Source: an uncultured Gemmatimonadales bacterium (GTDB lineage Bacteria; Gemmatimonadota; Gemmatimonadetes; Longimicrobiales; RSA9). From it: 64,000 nt of DNA. The stretch spans positions 1,120,001 through 1,184,000 of the forward strand of contig CAWFKH010000003.1 in NCBI GenBank assembly GCA_963816355.1, written 5' to 3'. Below the pieces are notes generated by a model. It saw only the letters and a list, made by a program, of their open reading frames with translations. It was not told the origin of the DNA and searched no databases. The translations under genes were made by a program, and so were the position numbers. This document shows, one piece after another, positions 60,750 through 64,000 of the stretch (the first letter of the stretch is position 1; every line of letters starts with the position of its first letter).

Positions 60750-61982
60750 CTACATGTGCTCGATGATCGCCCCGGCGAAGCCGGACGTGGGGACGAGGGT
60801 GGCGCCCTCCATCTGCCGCTCGAGGTCGTACGTCACCGTGCGGCCGGCGACCGCCCCCTCGAGTCCGCGGTTCACCCGCTCCGCCGCTTCGTTCCAGCCG
60901 AGGTGCTCGAGCATCATCACGCCCGAGAGGATGAGCGAGCTCGGATTGACCTTGTCCAGACCGGCGTACTTCGGCGCCGTGCCGTGCGTCGCTTCGAAGA
61001 CGGCCACTTCGTCGCCGACGTTCGCGCCGGGCGCCATGCCGAGGCCGCCCACCTGCGCCGCTGCCGCGTCGGAGAGGTAGTCTCCGTTGAGGTTCGGCGT
61101 CGCGACGACCGAGTACTCGGCGGGCCGCAGCAGGATCTGCTGGAACATGGCGTCCGCGATGCGGTCCTTGACGACGACGCGGCCGCCCGCGTCGCCGGCG
61201 AGATCGGCCTCGGTCACGGTCCGATCGCCGAACCGCTCGCGCGCCACCTCGTAGCCCCAGTCGCGAAACGCACCCTCCGTGTACTTCATGATGTTGCCCT
61301 TGTGCACGAGCGTGACCGAATGGCGGCCTCGCTGCAGCGCGTAGCGGATCGCGGCGGCGACGAGCCGCTTGGAGCCGAACTCGCTCATCGGCTTGATCCC
61401 GATCGCGCTCGATTCCCGGATGGAGGCGCCCAGCTCGTCGACGAGGAAGCCGCGCACGCGCGTCGCCTCGTCGCTGCCGGCGGCGTACTCGATCCCGGCG
61501 TAGACGTCCTCCGTGTTCTCGCGGAAGATGACGATGTCCAGCTTCTCCGGCTCGCGCACCGGCGAGGGGACGCCCGGTATGTAGCGCACGGGGCGGATGC
61601 AGGCGTAGAGGTCGAGGAGCTGCCGCAGCGCGACGTTGAGGGAGCGGATGCCGCCGCCGACCGGCGTCGTCAACGGGCCCTTGATCCCCACCTTGAACTC
61701 GGTGAGCGCGCGCAGCGTCTCCTGCGGCAGCCAGTCGCCCGCGCGCTCCTTCGCCTTCTCGCCGGCGAAGACCTCCATCCAGGCGATGCGGCGCTCGCCG
61801 CCGTACGCCTTCTCGACGGCCGCGTCGAGCACGCGCCGCGTGGCGCGCCAGATGTCGGGGCCGATGCCGTCGCCCTCGATGAAGGGCAGGATGGGACGCG
61901 GCGGCACCTCGAGCTCGCCATCGCGGACGCGAATCACCTCGCCCTCGGCGGGCACCTCCGACCACTGATAGGATTCACTCAT
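60750..61982 (-). CDS. icd: Isocitrate dehydrogenase (dimeric, NADP-type)
   Basis: [43 protein letters not shown]. Confidence 0.96.
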   Translation of the reverse strand: MSESYQWSEVPAEGEVIRVRDGELEVPPRPILPFIEGDGIGPDIWRATRRVLDAAVEKAYGGERRIAWMEVFAGEKAKERAGDWLPQETLRALTEFKVGIKGPLTTPVGGGIRSLNVALRQLLDLYACIRPVRYIPGVPSPVREPEKLDIVIFRENTEDVYAGIEYAAGSDEATRVRGFLVDELGASIRESSAIGIKPMSEFGSKRLVAAAIRYALQRGRHSVTLVHKGNIMKYTEGAFRDWGYEVARERFGDRTVTEADLAGDAGGRVVVKDRIADAMFQQILLRPAEYSVVATPNLNGDYLSDAAAAQVGGLGMAPGANVGDEVAVFEATHGTAPKYAGLDKVNPSSLILSGVMMLEHLGWNEAAERVNRGLEGAVAGRTVTYDLERQMEGATLVPTSGFAGAIIEHM

Positions 61983-61999
61983 TCTAATTCGTCCCTTCC

Positions 62000-63130
62000 T
62001 CAGGACCGCTCCGCGATCGGTGCGACGACGCGGTCGCGGGGGCCGACGTAGGCCGCCTTCGGGCGGATCAGTCGATTGTCCTTCAGTTGCTCGAGCATGT
62101 GCGCCGTCCAGCCGGCCGTGCGGGCGCACGCGAAGATGCAGGTGAAGGTGTCCAGGGGCACGCCCATCGTGTAGTAGAGCGGCGCGCTGAAGAAGTCGAC
62201 GTTGGGGTAGATGCCCTTGCCGCGCCGTTCCATCTCCTGCGCCATCACCTCGACGATGCGGTTCGCGATCTCCAGCCAGCGGCTCTCGCCGCCGCCGGTG
62301 TATGCCTCGGCGAACCGCTTCAGGATCGGCGCCCGCGGATCGAGCGTGCGGTAGACGCGGTGGCCGAAGCCCATGATGCGCTCGCCGGCGTCCAGGCGGC
62401 CGCGGATCCACTCCGGCACGGCAGCCGCGTCCGGGATCGCCTTCAGCATCTCCATGACGCGCTGGTTCGCGCCGCCGTGCAGAACGCCCTTCAGCGTGCC
62501 GATCGCCGACGTCTCGCCGGAATAGAGGTCGGACAGCGTCGCGACCGTCACGCGCGCCGCGAAGGTGGAGGCGTTGAGGCCGTGCTCGGCGTGCAACGTG
62601 AAGGCGACGTCCATGATCCGCGCGGCTGCGGGATCCGGCGCCTCTCCCGTCATCATGTAGAGGAAGTTCGCCGCGTGGGAGAGATCGGGGCGGGGCGGCA
62701 CCGGCTCGGCGCCGCGGCGCAGCCGCTCGAAGGCGGCCGTGGCGGTGATCGCGCGGGCGGTCAGCCGGATCGCCTTGCGCTCGTTGGCCTCGGCCGAGGG
62801 GTCTTCCGCCTCGGGGTCGAAGAAGGCGAGGGCGGAGGCCGCGGTGCGCAGGGCGGCCATGGGGTGCGTCGTCTCGGGCGCGCGTCGCAGGATGTCGATC
62901 AGCCGTCCGTCCACGGCGCGCTCCGCCGCCAGCCGCTGGCGCAGCTCCTCCAGGCGCTCGCGCGAAGGAAGCCCGCCGTACCAGAGGAGATGGCACGTCT
63001 CCTCGAAGGTGACGTGCTCGGCGAGATCGGCGATCTCGTAGCCGCCGTAGACCAGACGCCCCTCGTCGCCCAACACCTCGCTCAGGCGCGTCTCGGCCGC
63101 GACGACTCCCTCCAATCCCTTCGTACCCAT
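62000..63130 (-). CDS. gltA: Citrate synthase (short type; 2-methylcitrate synthase not excluded)
   Basis: [34 protein letters not shown]; directly upstream of icd. Confidence 0.9.
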   Translation of the reverse strand: MGTKGLEGVVAAETRLSEVLGDEGRLVYGGYEIADLAEHVTFEETCHLLWYGGLPSRERLEELRQRLAAERAVDGRLIDILRRAPETTHPMAALRTAASALAFFDPEAEDPSAEANERKAIRLTARAITATAAFERLRRGAEPVPPRPDLSHAANFLYMMTGEAPDPAAARIMDVAFTLHAEHGLNASTFAARVTVATLSDLYSGETSAIGTLKGVLHGGANQRVMEMLKAIPDAAAVPEWIRGRLDAGERIMGFGHRVYRTLDPRAPILKRFAEAYTGGGESRWLEIANRIVEVMAQEMERRGKGIYPNVDFFSAPLYYTMGVPLDTFTCIFACARTAGWTAHMLEQLKDNRLIRPKAAYVGPRDRVVAPIAERS

Positions 63131-63319
63131 TCGGTAAACCGTCTCCCGGGCTGCGGATGGGCCGCGTCCGTGCCTCACATCGCGAGGCGCGTCACGCCGC
63201 ACGTGCGGGTGACGGGCCGGCGAGCGGGCGCCGGACGCGACAACGGGGCCGGCGTCCCCGGCCTTCCTGGCGAGGAAGCCTGCCCCGTGGGGCCTGGCGG
63301 AACGCACGGCCAGCGCCCG

Positions 63320-63349
63320 AGTATAGCGGACGCGTCGCGCGCGATGCAA
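63320..63349 (-). promoter_or_regulatory. Sigma70-type promoter for gltA-icd, implying a leader of about 180 nt
   Basis: TTGCAT-N18-TATACT. Confidence 0.7.
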
Positions 63350-63370
63350 GCGCTCGCGACGCCGCGGAAT

Positions 63371-63396
63371 GTGACGTTTCCGGGGTCCCGATCGTC
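63371..63396 (+). promoter_or_regulatory. Candidate ECF promoter of the second sigma gene
   Basis: GTGAC-GTTTCCGG-N9-CGTC, 9 nt before ATG 63406. Confidence 0.65.
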
Positions 63397-63405
63397 GAGC
63401 AACCG

Positions 63406-63993
63406 ATGGAAGATTTCGCCCGTGCCGCGAGCCCTGCGCCGGTGCCCCCGCCTCCGGGCGAGAGCGACGGCGAGCTCGTGCGGCGCGTGCGCGGAGGCGA
63501 GCGGGAGGCGTTCCGCGCGCTCGTCGTGCGTCACCAGGATGCGCTGTACCGTCACGCCCGGCGCATGACCGGGTCGAGCGACGTCGCCGCGGATCTCGTA
63601 CAGGCGGCGTTCGTAAAGGCGTACACGCGTCTCGACAGCTGCGACCCCGACCGGTTCGCGGCATGGCTGTTCCGCATCCTGACGAACCGCTCGAAGGACC
63701 ACCTCAAGAGCCCGCGCCGGCGCGAGGTCAGCCTCGAGGCGGTGCGCGCGGGCGGCCCCGCGGCCGCCGAGGATCCGGAGCGGCTCCTCATGCGGAGCGA
63801 GCTGCGCACGACGCTGCAGTCGGCGCTGAACCGGCTGCCAGACGCGCAGCGCGAAGCGTTCCTGCTGAAGCACGTCGAGGGCCTGGGCTACGACGAGATC
63901 GCCGAGCGCGTGGGCGCCTCGACATCCGCGCTCAAGATGCGCGTGCATCGCGCGCGCGACGCGCTCAAAGCGATGCTGGAGGAAGAACCGTGA
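63406..63993 (+). CDS. ECF RNA polymerase sigma factor
   Basis: DGELV...GEREAF, DLVQAAF, FAAWLFRI, LPDAQREAF, KMRVHRAR. TGATG at the stop suggests a coupled downstream gene beyond the window. Confidence 0.93.
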   Translation: MEDFARAASPAPVPPPPGESDGELVRRVRGGEREAFRALVVRHQDALYRHARRMTGSSDVAADLVQAAFVKAYTRLDSCDPDRFAAWLFRILTNRSKDHLKSPRRREVSLEAVRAGGPAAAEDPERLLMRSELRTTLQSALNRLPDAQREAFLLKHVEGLGYDEIAERVGASTSALKMRVHRARDALKAMLEEEP

Positions 63994-64000
63994 TGCATCC

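Overview
A very GC-rich core-genome block, probably Gemmatimonadota (inferred from the style of the HU, RpoZ, NuoI and RNase H sequences and from gene order; not confirmed by search). About 63 CDS are present and all but three (dcd, rnhA, the last ECF sigma) lie on the minus strand. Energy metabolism: complete nuoA-N, TCA genes (gltA, icd, mdh, sdhCAB, sucC), a 2-oxoacid dehydrogenase E1a/E1b/E2 with lipB, and gap-pgk-tpiA-secG. Other housekeeping: moaD-E-A, yicC-gmk-rpoZ-coaBC-udg-dnaB-radA-ispD-tsaC-LMW phosphatase-aroE, carA, carbamate kinase and HU. Envelope and signalling: two ECF sigma factors, two outer-membrane barrels and an orphan binding-protein/hybrid-kinase pair. I saw no rRNA, tRNA, CRISPR array, prophage or transposase, and no large novel multi-gene system. 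The long + strand ORFs are high-GC antisense shadows. Best leads: (1) an RNase HI with a rearranged active site (E48A and D134N, with a new Glu at position 11); (2) clustered D-(S/T)-(A/V/L/T) motifs in exported-protein linkers that match the Bacteroidota O-glycosylation sequon; (3) one promoter motif shared by both ECF genes; (4) a small Zn-ribbon gene with its own promoter and terminator between gap and pgk; (5) a Rex-like operator on nuo; (6) a carbamate kinase-sucC operon with an orphan carA elsewhere in the window. All assignments come from reading motifs by eye.
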